Assembly (NCBI GenBank): GCA_001600815.1
Contig: BCKZ01000039.1
Location: 1-62,754 of the forward strand
Source of the DNA: Alloascoidea hylecoeti
Taxonomy: Eukaryota
Length of the DNA: 62,754 nt
Direction of reading: 5' to 3'
In this document: positions 25,334 to 37,128 of the stretch, one piece after another
Layout of the letters: each line of letters starts with the position of its first letter
Numbering within the stretch: the stretch's first letter is position 1
Made by a program: the position numbers and the translations under genes
Notes under the pieces: generated by a model
The model's input: the letters and a program-made list of their open reading frames with translations, nothing else
The model's database searches: none
What the model was told of the DNA's origin: nothing

Positions 25334-25701
25334 TTTCTGACCCTAATCTGAAATATGGGGATTCTAACCCTATACTTTTATATTATTATCTTATGTTAAA
25401 CTTACAGTCCGATCATGGTATGCTCAATGGTAATAAACTTAGTACTTGCGTACCCGTGCCCTATAGCTAAACCTCGAAAGAACAATCCAATTCATTCATA
25501 TTATTGATATAATTATAATTATGATCATCAACAAAATGCTTTCCTGGCTACCAACGTTGACTATTCAATTGTTTTCCCGAAAATAGATGGAATTAATAAA
25601 TATTCAANCGAGAAACCATATAAACACTTTAATGACCGTATAGTTATCATTAATAATTATACAATGTATCTGGAGTTTAGCGTTAAGTAAATTGATAGCT
25701 A

Positions 25702-25955
25702 TACAGTCCCTCCACCTATTAATAGCGCTATTTTCGAAAATAATTAGCGAGATGTCTGAGAATTAATTAGCATTATTTCCGTAAATTAATTAGCGTTCGC
25801 TTTGGAAATCAATTAAAATTAAATTTGATAATTAATTAGTGATGATTTAGATAATTATTTAGCGTTACCTATGATAATTTGGTAGTACTATTTTCGAAAA
25901 TTATTTGGCCAAATTTAGCGTTATTTACAAAAATTAATTAGCGCCAAGTCGGAAA
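25702..25955 (+). repeat. 23-bp-period array (~10 units, core AATTAATTAGCG) following a TA|CAGTCCCTCC terminus; probable transposon subterminal repeats
   Basis: TAGCG-like cores start at 25723, 25745, 25768, 25791, 25837, 25860, 25883, 25916 and 25939. Confidence 0.75.
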
Positions 25956-26039
25956 AAAAATCTCACTCTACAACAAAAAATACAAAAATTGCACATTGAA
26001 AATCTATTATCAAAATGACGAGATTAAATAGATTTTAGT

Positions 26040-27562
26040 GATAGTATTCGAAGAAGCAAAATCTTTGGCCCCATGTATTATGTTTATCAGTGAAATTAAT
26101 GCAATTACTCCAAAAAAGATAATGTACAACGAGAGATGGAAAGAAGAATGGTTGCTTAATTATTAACCTCAATGGATGGTTTGTCGATGGAAAACACTGG
26201 TGGTAAATCTGTTATAATTATAGGTGCAACAAACAGGCTAGACTCTATAGACTCTGCTTAAAGAAAAACTGTACGGTTTGATAAGGAAATATGTATTAAT
26301 GTTCCAGATGGATTGGCAAGGGAAGATATTTAAAAAAAATGGTACGCAATATGAAAATATCAGGGGAAGTAGATTTTAAAAAATTGGCAAAAATGACTCC
26401 TGGCTATGTAGCATCAGAGTTACACAACATATCTAAGGTTGCTGGAATAATGTCAATGAAAAGATTATTTAATGATGGTAAAATTCTAGAACTTCCATTT
26501 TCCAATGAAAATGAAAATGAAATGGATATTGATGATGAAGCATCTAATCAAAGTCCTATTATTAAGTTTTTAAAAACGAATCCTGAGAAATTAACGGAAT
26601 ATCAACGTTTTTTCATATCAGTCATTCTTGATGATTTCTTATCTGCATTACCAATTATTCAGCCAAGTGCAAAGCGAGAAGATTTTGCAACGGTTCCCGA
26701 TGTTACTTGGGAAGATATCGGAGCTCTAAGTTCAATTAGAATGGAACTTCAAATATCAATTGTTTTAGCTATACAAGAGCCTAAACTGTTTTCTGAAGTA
26801 AGTATAAATGCACCCAGTGGTGTTTTACTATGGGGCCCTTCACGATGTTCTATTAACAAAAGCTGTTGCCAATGAATCAAAAGCTAATTTTATATCTGTG
26901 AGAGGTCCTGAACTTATTAACAAATACGTTGGTGAATCGGAAAGAGCAATCAGACAGGTTTTCCAAAGAGCTAGAGCATCGAAACCATGTATTGTCTTTT
27001 TTGATAAATTGGATTCTAAAGTTCCTAGACGTGATGGATCATTAAATGAATCAACTCCGAGAGTTGTTAATACACTTTTAACTGAATTGGATGGTTCCGA
27101 AGATAGGAAAGGTGTTTTCACGTCATTGCTACGACTAATAGACCTGATATTATTGAATCCGCTATGCTTAGACCTGGTAGGTTGGATAAACTGTTATATG
27201 TTGACCTTCCAACTACTGAAAGAAAAGAAATTTTAATAAAAGCTTCAAGGGAATTACCATTGGAAGGAAGTATCAGTCTAGAAAATATCGCATATGATCA
27301 GAAATGCGACAATTTTAGTGGCGCAGATATAACGAAATTAGTTCAAGAGGCGGCAATGGCATCGATTAAACGACGAATATATAGTATTATTAATATGGAG
27401 GATGGAAAGTTCTTAACTATTATTCATGATAAAAAGCGTGAACAACCATTAGTAACTCAATCAGATTTTGATGAAGCTTTTAAAAAGGTTAAGCCCAGTG
27501 TTGCTTATAAAGAAAAATTGAAATACTTAAAAATAAATAAAAGAATGGAAATTAATACCTGA
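26040..27562 (+). pseudogene. RIX7: 5'-truncated Rix7/NVL AAA-ATPase pseudogene
   Basis: [91 protein letters not shown]; stops at 26157, 26259 and 26331, frameshifts, D2 Walker A destroyed. Confidence 0.92.
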
Positions 27563-27990
27563 AGTTGTAGTGAATATAAAGCTATATATCCAATGCTATA
27601 CATACATGTATATATCTAGCATAAATTTTAATGAATACTCTATCGTCCATTAATAACGTTACTAAACTTTTTAGTGTTAAAATAACATCTCTTTTCCTTA
27701 ACCCTGTCATGTCGAAATAGATAATCTTTTTCTTCAGTTCCTTCCATTTGTTCCACCACGACCCTTCCATAAAGATGGTTTATAATTAAAAATATCAGTG
27801 AAAAAAAGTACCGGAACTTCACATAATAAGATGATATTCCATATTTCCAATATGATCTCATTCGATATTCATAAGTATTCGGTGGTTTAACTTACAATGA
27901 AAAAGTTGTACAAACACTTTACTCATTTTTGTGAATTCATTCAATCATTATATATGGTTAATATTTACAATTTTAAAACACTATATACAA

Positions 27991-29766
27991 TCAATTATAA
28001 TCAATTCTTTCTAATATAACATCACCTTTTCTATTAACACCTTTTCCATAATTTAAATCAGAACCAATTTTTGAAAATTTTTCTAAATATTTTGTATTTT
28101 CATCTAAAACACCAATTCTATTAAACATTTTTTTTGATAAATTTGGTATAAAAGGTTGTATTAATAAAGTTGAAATTCTAATAATTTCAATTGAATTAAA
28201 TATAATAAAATCTTGAATTAATTCATCTTTATCATTTTTATTAGAAAAAGTCCATGGTTTCGATTCTTGTATAAATGAATTACCTAATTCAATAATTTCC
28301 CAAAATAATGATATTGAATTCCCCATTTCAAAATTTATAATTTTAAAATTCATTTCTTTAAATAAATTATTTAATTTTAAATTAATTAAATAGTAAAATT
28401 CTTTTGATTTTGGATTTAATTCATTTAAAATTAATTCAATATTTTCATCATTAAATTCATTATTTGAAAATCTTTTAATTGATCTTTCAATATTAAATTT
28501 TGGTCCACAAATTCTTAATGATAAATTAGCCCATTTATTAATTAAATTATTTCTTGTTGTTTGAATTGAATATTCAGTATAATCTAAATCTTTTTCAATT
28601 TGTGAGTTTTCAGTTAAAAAAAATCTAACTATATCTAAATCATATTTTTTAATAATTTCAGAAGGATTAACAACATTACCAATTGATTTTGACATTTTCA
28701 TACCTTCTGAAATCCAATGACCATGTATAACGATTTGTTTTGGTAATGGTATACCAGCAGCTAATAATAAAGCAGGCCAGTGAATACAGTGAAATCTAAT
28801 AATATCTTTACCAATTAAATGAGTTGGAGGCCAAAAACTATTTCTTGGTATTAAATTTGAACTTGAATTTGATTCTAAAAATGGGAAACCAATTGATGTT
28901 AAATAATTAATTAAAGCATCAACCCAAACGTAAATTTTTTGTGAAGAATCATTTGGTACTTGAATCCCCCAAGTTAATCTTTTACTTGGTCTTGAAATAC
29001 TTAAATCATTTAATCCTTCATTAATTTCATTAATTAAATAATCAATTTTTGAATTTGGTATTATAAAATTTGTTTTTTTATTATTCTTATAAATTTTTAA
29101 TAAATCATTTTTAAATAATGATAATTTAAAAAAATAATTATCTTCTTCTTCATATTTAACTTCTTTACCAGTTTCTTTTGATATTATTTTTATTAATTTA
29201 TTATCATTATCATAAATTTTTTCTATTTGTGATTCAGGATAAAAAGTTTCATCGGATATACAGTACCAACCAGAATGTTTTCCTTTATAAATATAACCAT
29301 TTTTATCAAGTAATTTCCAAAAATATTCAACAGCTTTTAAATGATCTGGATCAGTTGTTCTTATAAATCTATCATATTTAATATCACCAATTTTTGCTAA
29401 ATTTGTAAAAGTTTTTGAAACTTCATCAACAAATTGTTTAGGATCAACTTTTGCTTTTGAAGCAGCTTCTTGAATTTTTAAACCATGTTCATCAGTTCCT
29501 GTTGTGTAAAAAGAAGGAATATTGTTTAATTTTGACCATCTATTTCTTGCATCCGATAATACCATTGAGTATAAATGACCAATGTGGGGAGGAGCATTTA
29601 CATAAAATATCGGGGTTGTTATATATAATTTTTCATCAATTTTACTTTTGGGCACATCTGCATTATTAGATACATTTTTGGACACAGTTGAAGTTGAGAA
29701 GGGTTTATATTTGGGCAAAAGTGTAGGGCGTAACCCAATTGCGAATCCTCTTGAAGGAAATCGCAT
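27991..29766 (-). CDS. MSM1: Mitochondrial methionyl-tRNA synthetase
   Basis: YITTPIFYVNAPPHIGH, TGTDEHGLKI, YVWVDALINY, IGKDIIRFH, KMSKS; likely start MRFPSRG with a basic presequence. Confidence 0.93.
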   Translation of the reverse strand: MRFPSRGFAIGLRPTLLPKYKPFSTSTVSKNVSNNADVPKSKIDEKLYITTPIFYVNAPPHIGHLYSMVLSDARNRWSKLNNIPSFYTTGTDEHGLKIQEAASKAKVDPKQFVDEVSKTFTNLAKIGDIKYDRFIRTTDPDHLKAVEYFWKLLDKNGYIYKGKHSGWYCISDETFYPESQIEKIYDNDNKLIKIISKETGKEVKYEEEDNYFFKLSLFKNDLLKIYKNNKKTNFIIPNSKIDYLINEINEGLNDLSISRPSKRLTWGIQVPNDSSQKIYVWVDALINYLTSIGFPFLESNSSSNLIPRNSFWPPTHLIGKDIIRFHCIHWPALLLAAGIPLPKQIVIHGHWISEGMKMSKSIGNVVNPSEIIKKYDLDIVRFFLTENSQIEKDLDYTEYSIQTTRNNLINKWANLSLRICGPKFNIERSIKRFSNNEFNDENIELILNELNPKSKEFYYLINLKLNNLFKEMNFKIINFEMGNSISLFWEIIELGNSFIQESKPWTFSNKNDKDELIQDFIIFNSIEIIRISTLLIQPFIPNLSKKMFNRIGVLDENTKYLEKFSKIGSDLNYGKGVNRKGDVILERIDYN

Positions 29767-29970
29767 TTTTTTGATAATTTTTGTTGATGTTTGAATTTTT
29801 TGTTTTGTTTGTCTTTGTGTTTTGAAGATTGGCATCAAGTGATACAAAAAGTGGTGTGGTGTTTGCTAATCAGTAAATCTAAAAAAATATAAATATTTAA
29901 TCCTTTCATCCTTCATCTTTCATCTTTCCGGTTTCTTGTTTCCACCACCAAAAATAAAAAACAAGACAAA

Positions 29971-32900
29971 ATGTCTTTGCTTTCTTCAATGGCATTTCAA
30001 GGAATCGGCCGTGCTCCTTTAATCGAAGCAGTCGCATTCTCATCTTTCATAACTTCAGACTCAATTAAATTCAAACAAGCAATCACTTTTTATGAATCTT
30101 TAGGATTTGTAGAAACAAGATCATTTACTCAGAATGGTCCATCAGTAACTGGAAATTTATCAAGTGATTCTGGTTTTGCAATTGATTCAATTCGCGAAGT
30201 TTGGTTAGAAGCTTTTCCATTAGGTGAAATTGATAAAGATGGGATAAGAAAACCAATTCAACAATCAAATGTTAAACAATCAGAAGGTGCTACAATAAAA
30301 TTACGTCTTGTACCAAGTAATAATTCTTTATTTTTAAATGATGATGATGAATTAAAAGAAAATGGAAATGAAAAAAATCAATTAAATTCTCCTGCCGTTG
30401 TATTTTTTTCTGCCTTTGTTTCAACAATAAAGGAGAAATTAAAAGAAAATAATTATCAAATTATAGAAAATGAAAATGAAAAAGATGTAATATTTACAAT
30501 TGATCCTTTATCAAATGTAATTGGTTTTTCTTCAAAACCAAATCCAACATCTGATCCAATCAATGATCCATCAATTTTTTTAAATTCAAATAAATCTGAT
30601 ACGAATTTAAAATTAAATGAGATAAATAATAAAAATAATAAAAATATCGACCAAAATTATAGGAAAAAAATTGGTGTTATGACATCAGGTGGTGATTCTC
30701 CAGGTATGAATGCAGCCGTTAGAGCCGTAGTTAGGGCAGGGATTTTTAAAGGTTGTGATGTTTTTGCAATTTATGAAGGTTATGAAGGTTTAGTTAAAGG
30801 TGGGTCATATATTAAACAAATGCAATGGGAAGATGTTAGAGGTTGGTTATCTCTTGGTGGTACTTTAATTGGAACTGCCCGTTGTATGGAATTTAGAGAA
30901 CGTGCTGGTAGATTATTAGGTGCTTATAATATGATTATTAATGGTATTGATGCATTGGTTGTTTGTGGCGGTGATGGTTCTTTAACAGGTGCTGATCTTT
31001 TCAGATCTGAATGGCCATCATTAATTAAAGAATTAGTTGAAACTAACAAATTAACAACAGAACAAGTTGAAGATAAAGAACATTTAACAATTGTTGGACT
31101 TGTTGGTTCAATTGATAATGATATGGCTTCAACTGATGCAACAATTGGTGCTTATTCTTCTTTAGAAAGAATTTGTGAAATGGTTGATTATATTGATGCA
31201 ACTGCTCAATCTCATTCTCGTGCTTTTGTTGTTGAAGTGATGGGTCGTCATTGTGGTTGGTTAGGTTTAATGGCTGGTATTGCATCCGGTGCTGATTATA
31301 TTTTTATACCTGAAAGACCACCAAAAGTAAACGAATGGGAAAATGAATTAACAACTGTTTGTAAAAGACATCGTGGGAAAGGTAAAAGAACAACTATTGT
31401 TATTGTTGCTGAAGGTGCAATTGATTCAGAATTAAATCATATTAGTCCAAATGATGTTAAAGATGTTTTAGTTAAATTGGGTTTAGATACTCGTATAACA
31501 ACTTTAGGTCATGTTCAAAGAGGTGGCTCAGCAGTTGCTTATGATAGATTATTAGCAACTTTACAAGGTGTTGATGCAATTGATGCAGTATTAGAATCAA
31601 CTCCTGAAACTCCATCACCAATGATTGGTATTAATGAAAATCGTGTTTGTAGAAAACCATTAATGAAAGCAGTTGAATTAACAAAATCTGTTGCAACTGC
31701 AATTAATAATAAGGATTTTGATAAAGCAATGTCTTTGAGAGATAATGAATTTGCAGAATCTTATCAAAATTTACAAAGTATTACTTATCATGATGATGGT
31801 TCAATGATTGTACCACCACAAGATCGTTTAAATATTGCAATTGTTCATATTGGTGCTCCTGCTGGTGGTATGAATGCAGCGACAAGAGCTGCTACTTTAT
31901 ATTCTTTAAGTCATGGTCATAGAGTATTTGCAATTCAAAATGGATTTTCTGGATTAGTTAGACATGATTCAATTAAAGAATTAAATTGGATTGATGTTGA
32001 AGGTTGGCAATTAAAAGGCGGTTCAGAAATTGGTACAAATAGAAATTTACCATCAATTGATTTAGGTAGTGTTGCATTTTATTTTCAAAAATATCAATTT
32101 GATGGATTAATTATAATTGGAGGATTTGAAGCATTTCATTCATTATATATTTTAGCATCAGCAAGAGAAAAATATCCAGTTTTTCGTATACCAATGGTTT
32201 GTTTACCTGCCACTATATCAAATAATGTTCCAGGTACTGAATATTCTTTAGGTAGTGATACATGTTTAAATCAATTATCAAATTATTGTGATGCTATAAA
32301 ACAAAGTGCATCAGCAACAAGAAAGAGAGTTTTCGTTGTTGAAGTACAAGGTGGTCATTCAGGTTATGTTGCGAGTGCTGCTGGCTTAATTACTGGTGCT
32401 TTAGCTGTTTATACACCAGAATCTCAAATTAACATAAAATCAATGCAAGAAGATATTGAATTATTAAAAGATAATTTTAAAAAAGATCATGGTGAAAATA
32501 GAGCAGGTAAAATCTTAATTCGAAATGAAACTGCCTCAAGTGTTTTTACTACATCATTAATTGCTGATATTATTATGGAAGCTGGTAAAGGGAAGTTTGA
32601 ATCAAGAACTGCTATTCCTGGTCATGTTCAACAAGGTAATATTCCATCATCAATGGATAGAGTTCGCGCAACAAGATTAGCTGTTAAATGTTGTAGTTTT
32701 ATTGAGGATTGGAACAGTAAAGTTGATCCAAGTTTAAAACATGATTTAAGAGTAAGATATGTTAATGGTAAAAGACAACCAATTATTGATGAACAAGGAT
32801 CAGCAGCAGTAATTGGAATTGAAGGCCACAAAGTTATTTATTCCGACATTATCAAAGTCTTTGAAAAAGAAACAAATGTTGAATTAAGAAAAGGTTATAA

Positions 32901-32991
32901 AATTCATTGGGAACATATTGCTTCTATTAGTGATACTTTAAGTGGAAGATTAAAATTACGACAAGAACATGAAGATACTTTATTATATTAA
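29971..32991 (+). CDS. PFK1: 6-phosphofructokinase alpha subunit
   Basis: N-terminal extension; GGDSPGMNAAVRAVVR (alpha-type), GGDGSLTGA, GSIDND, EVMGRHCGW, PATISNNVPGTEYSLG. Confidence 0.95.
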   Translation: MSLLSSMAFQGIGRAPLIEAVAFSSFITSDSIKFKQAITFYESLGFVETRSFTQNGPSVTGNLSSDSGFAIDSIREVWLEAFPLGEIDKDGIRKPIQQSNVKQSEGATIKLRLVPSNNSLFLNDDDELKENGNEKNQLNSPAVVFFSAFVSTIKEKLKENNYQIIENENEKDVIFTIDPLSNVIGFSSKPNPTSDPINDPSIFLNSNKSDTNLKLNEINNKNNKNIDQNYRKKIGVMTSGGDSPGMNAAVRAVVRAGIFKGCDVFAIYEGYEGLVKGGSYIKQMQWEDVRGWLSLGGTLIGTARCMEFRERAGRLLGAYNMIINGIDALVVCGGDGSLTGADLFRSEWPSLIKELVETNKLTTEQVEDKEHLTIVGLVGSIDNDMASTDATIGAYSSLERICEMVDYIDATAQSHSRAFVVEVMGRHCGWLGLMAGIASGADYIFIPERPPKVNEWENELTTVCKRHRGKGKRTTIVIVAEGAIDSELNHISPNDVKDVLVKLGLDTRITTLGHVQRGGSAVAYDRLLATLQGVDAIDAVLESTPETPSPMIGINENRVCRKPLMKAVELTKSVATAINNKDFDKAMSLRDNEFAESYQNLQSITYHDDGSMIVPPQDRLNIAIVHIGAPAGGMNAATRAATLYSLSHGHRVFAIQNGFSGLVRHDSIKELNWIDVEGWQLKGGSEIGTNRNLPSIDLGSVAFYFQKYQFDGLIIIGGFEAFHSLYILASAREKYPVFRIPMVCLPATISNNVPGTEYSLGSDTCLNQLSNYCDAIKQSASATRKRVFVVEVQGGHSGYVASAAGLITGALAVYTPESQINIKSMQEDIELLKDNFKKDHGENRAGKILIRNETASSVFTTSLIADIIMEAGKGKFESRTAIPGHVQQGNIPSSMDRVRATRLAVKCCSFIEDWNSKVDPSLKHDLRVRYVNGKRQPIIDEQGSAAVIGIEGHKVIYSDIIKVFEKETNVELRKGYKIHWEHIASISDTLSGRLKLRQEHEDTLLY

Positions 32992-33949
32992 CTAATATAG
33001 TAGTAGTATATAAATATGATTATGATTATGAAGTTGAAAATGAAATATTTACTATAAACTTTACAATGACTCTATAAGTTTTTTTTCCTTTTAAATATAC
33101 GTCCTATAGCTACAACTGTAGGTTATTTATTTGAGATATAATTTTTTTAAACATTGACTTTAGGTATTATAAAATCTAACAAATATATATTGTGTAATTA
33201 GTAATCGAAGCTTATATTCTACACAATTAGAAGCTTAAATAGGAGTTTAATGAAGGAAGTAATTATCACCTTAAGAGTAATAGGAAAACGATACGCGAAA
33301 ATACAAAGAAGATGCAATTGTTTAGAGGAAGATCGTTATTTATTTAAAGCATCTGTGTTCAACCACATAATAGCAAAGAAAAATGAAGAGATCCGACAAA
33401 TTATTGCTGATAATACCTATGAAAGTGTTACCAACCAACAATATTAATGAATTTTTTCCAATTTTCACGTTTCCAGCGTTGTTAAACAGGAGGTTTGAGT
33501 TCTGTAGTAGCTCTATAGAGATGAGTTTTTATGATGATACTGAGAGTGTTTTGTTAACAAATGTCAATAGTAAAGTTAGCTTGTTGGGAATAAAAAAGCA
33601 GCTTGAGATTATGGTGCGAAGATTTAACAATATAGAAGCCGATCATTTTTTAATTAAGGAATCGGTTGACACCTACGGCTACATGTTACCAAGAAATATG
33701 AACAAATACGAAGAATTGTTCATATTTCTTGTACTATGCTAGAAACTAATAATGCTAGTGAATTTCTCATCTTTACACTTTCAGAGTTCTTGAACCATAC
33801 CTTTGAGTTTTGCGGAAGCTATTTAAATATTAATGATACCGAGACTAATATCGAGAGCAATTACACTGGTCCTAGTGAAAATGAAATTTCTTCATAATTT
33901 CTTTATATTTATTTTAATTATCTATTTATTAATCAAAAAGTAACTAATT

Positions 33950-34735
33950 CAAGTTTTATCTATAGCAATATTATTGTAAATTCTGGATCTAGCTTCTTCT
34001 GAGAAGATAAACTCCATACCTGTTAATAAACTAGCGCCTTCTTTTTTTCTTAATATCTCTAATAGCCAGGATGGAACTGAAAGATGAGGATGCTTCTTTA
34101 CGTGTAACAACCTATGTTGAATCTCTTTTTGAAATAATAGAAGATATCATCATTCCTTCAAATCTCAAACATTTTCCTTTTATCTAATCTTGAGTTGAGA
34201 ACTTTGATCTCAAAAATTTAAGAAATTGGGCACCTTTTTCGCCATAATAGTCTTCTAAACTTTCATCCATATTTGAATGAGTTTCTTATAATTTCATTTC
34301 TAATACAGTTAGTTAGTTAGTTGATTTTAAATTCCATTGAAAATTATTCAGTTTATAGACAATTTACTTACCTCCCATATTTTCTTCAGTTAACAAGTCC
34401 TTCATATCTTCAAGGTCTGAAACTCTAATACCACTACTAGTTAAATTTGAATGATTAAACCCGCCAGAGCTAGTTGAAATACCTTCTTTCCAAAATAATC
34501 TTTTGGGGACATTAGAAATATCAACATCGTATGATCCTTCAAAATTATTGTAATAAAATGAATCATCAACTTCAATATATGGTTTTGCTTTTCTTTGCTG
34601 TACAATTAAAGATTTCATATTTTCTAAATAACATTCACGGAAAGAAGGTAGATTATTGGTTGATAATGTAATAGAATCATCCAAATTTGGAATAATTTTC
34701 TCTTTTTTCTTTTCTACAATTGCATATTGTTCATA
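33950..34735 (-). pseudogene. Unidentified decayed gene retaining an intron (34300-34371)
   Basis: The 34364-34684 ORF ends at a GTAAGT donor; ACTAAC branch repeats and a TAG acceptor follow; the spliced frame continues ~110 codons with three scattered stops. Confidence 0.5.
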
Positions 34736-36259
34736 TTAGAACTATTAGGGTCCAATTCAGCCAAAATAGAACCATCCAAGTTTTCATTTTGAAAATCAAA
34801 TCCTCTGATTGTCTTGTTATCTTTTTATACCAAAATCATCATTTTCACCAAAGTATCAACACTTGATAAATCTAAATCTAAATCTAACTGATTGTTTGAT
34901 TGATTTAAATTTGATCCCTCATTTTCTTTGTTTTTTTTCTGTAACTTGGGTAATAGGTATCAATAATTTGATTTGGACAAATTCAAATAAAACATCACCA
35001 TTAATATCAAAATTATCATCATACCCACTGATATTAGTAGGATTATCAAAGAAAGCAGATATTGAATGTAATCCCATTGACAAGATCCAAATTCCTTCAT
35101 AGTCTTATTGGCAATTTTGTTATATCCAAAAAATAATTTATAAGACTAAACCATTTTTAATGAGTTTTTTAAGAAGGAGGAATATTTCCCAATGGGCGAA
35201 CATATACTAATCCTTTTTCCCTTTCAATTATAACCAGAGAAAGTATTTCTTACCATCTGATGGACTTAAAAAAGATTTCCAAAGGTGATGAGATTCTTAA
35301 CTTCAACCTTGACTTAATTGATTGTGTGAAGTTCAGATAACGAATTATGAATCACATTTCTTAAAAATGATGTTTAAAATTTCCGTCGGAAAGTAGGGTC
35401 TTATCTTTCGATTGTTGACTCAAGCCCTAAATCATTAGATCCCTTTTGTTGATTGCTCATATTATCTATTGGTGTTGGATATTCTAATGATGTGATCAGT
35501 GCTACTGTTTTCTAATGAAGTAAAAAATAAAAAACGTAAATATACTCGAGCTCCGCAACTACCAAGTTTGATAGCTGCATAGATTATTCTTGCGCATATT
35601 ATGTAACTACGTATAATTGCAACATGAATTGTGTAATACATTAGAGTTGCTATCATATTCATAAGCCTACATGTACTAGATTGAGATTGCTAAGATTAGA
35701 CTATAAAGACCAGATATTCCCTTTTAATAAAAAGGTGAAGAACGTTAACTAAGACCATTTCTTGGATTTAGTTCTTCTTTTTATATTAGAATTAACTATG
35801 TAACTATACTATATAGTCTATATAATCTAACAACACATACAAGTATGTCTGAAGGATTGTATAGCCATTGAAAATTTAAACTAGGACACCTTTTTTAGAT
35901 CACCTTCCAAAAACAAAATCATCTTTTTAAATATACCATATGACTCCAAGGATTCTGCTAGGCGAGATTTCAAGTATTTCTATTTCTAGGCAAAAGACTT
36001 AATACTGACCCCTCAATGTTCCACATTAAAATATGAAATCCGACTCTAAGAAACTTTATGAAATAAAAAGCATAGATATGGGACACATTCAGCAAACGAA
36101 AGACATTGAATCAAAAAATATTTATAATATAAAGACTTCTGGTTTTGTGAGTCTTATGGTATGGCTTCACCGTGTGGTGGTGAACCTAATAGCAAAAAGA
36201 AAAAGGAACCACCACAGGTTCTTATATAAAACTTTTATAAGAGTCCTTTGATGAGATCG

Positions 36260-36760
36260 ATAATATAACGGTTAGATATTCAAGTAGAACAATGCACTAA
36301 TTCATAAAGGTTAGGATGAATTGAATTGTTAGGAAGATACCTCCTTTTTCACCCGATTTGAACAATTCATCGTGATTTTTATGGATCGATCGGCGCATTA
36401 TCCTATTTGAATATTTAACTTACAAAAATCTCATCAAGTGCCTCTCTTTCAGAAGTTTCATGTAGGAACGTTCGGTGGCCCCCCCTTTTTTGTACCAACC
36501 ACGCTGTATAGCTCAGTGCAACCTACTCCCCAAATTCTAGCCCATACCATGATACCAGACTTCCTTCTATTATATCACTAAATAAGCATCTGAAAGTGTT
36601 CCATATACAAGCTTTTTTATAAGTTTATCGTTTAAAGTCATTCTGGATTTATTTGTGTGTGGAGTTTTCACACAATGTAAGTTTACTAAGTTACCCTGCC
36701 AACTTGCGAATTGTCTGCCTCTTAACAGACGATTTAACGGCACAAACATTTTGTGTTATA
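36260..36760 (-). mobile_element. Tc1/IS630-like (DD34E) transposase relic
   Basis: In order: VKRQTIRKL, KSGIMVWARIWGVG, YMKLLKE, IFK*DNAPI (cf. FQQDNAPxH), PNNSIHPNLYELV (cf. PxxSPDLNPIENVW). Confidence 0.72.
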
Positions 36761-37128
36761 TAAAAAGTGAGATAATTAATCAACCTTTATATAGACTGTT
36801 ATTCATACATTTTAAAACTTATTTACACAAAAGCTTATACAAAGTTAGTGAAGATAAATAAATGAAGTAAATAATCTTAGTAGTTAATCATCTTCGATGA
36901 TATTCTTTATTATTAGCATTATATTACATTTTAGTTATTATATTATCCGTTAACTTAAATTTAAACCAATCTTATTATATAAATAAAATATAGTAAGAAC
37001 AATAATATACAGTGTCTTTTGTTTTTACATTAATATTGTTGGGAATTGTCTTAAACTGTCGAAAATATCTATCTTGATTTTTATACCATGCTGTAGTATA
37101 ACTTATATCATATTGTATATTGTTATGA

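Noticed and set aside
25716..25955. CRISPR-like repeat-spacer reading of the 23-bp array
   Set aside because: Eukaryotic context, 12-bp degenerate repeats, 11-bp spacers and no cas genes
26157..26333. Stop-codon readthrough, altered genetic code or RIP-like mutation to explain in-frame stops
   Set aside because: Frameshifts and lost catalytic motifs accompany the stops; intact genes end in TAA, TAG or TGA normally; too few sites to infer a mutational signature
36474..36508. Impala-like TIR (TACAGCGTGGTTGGTACAAAAAAG on the minus strand)
   Set aside because: It lies inside the transposase reading frame following MVW, not at an element end
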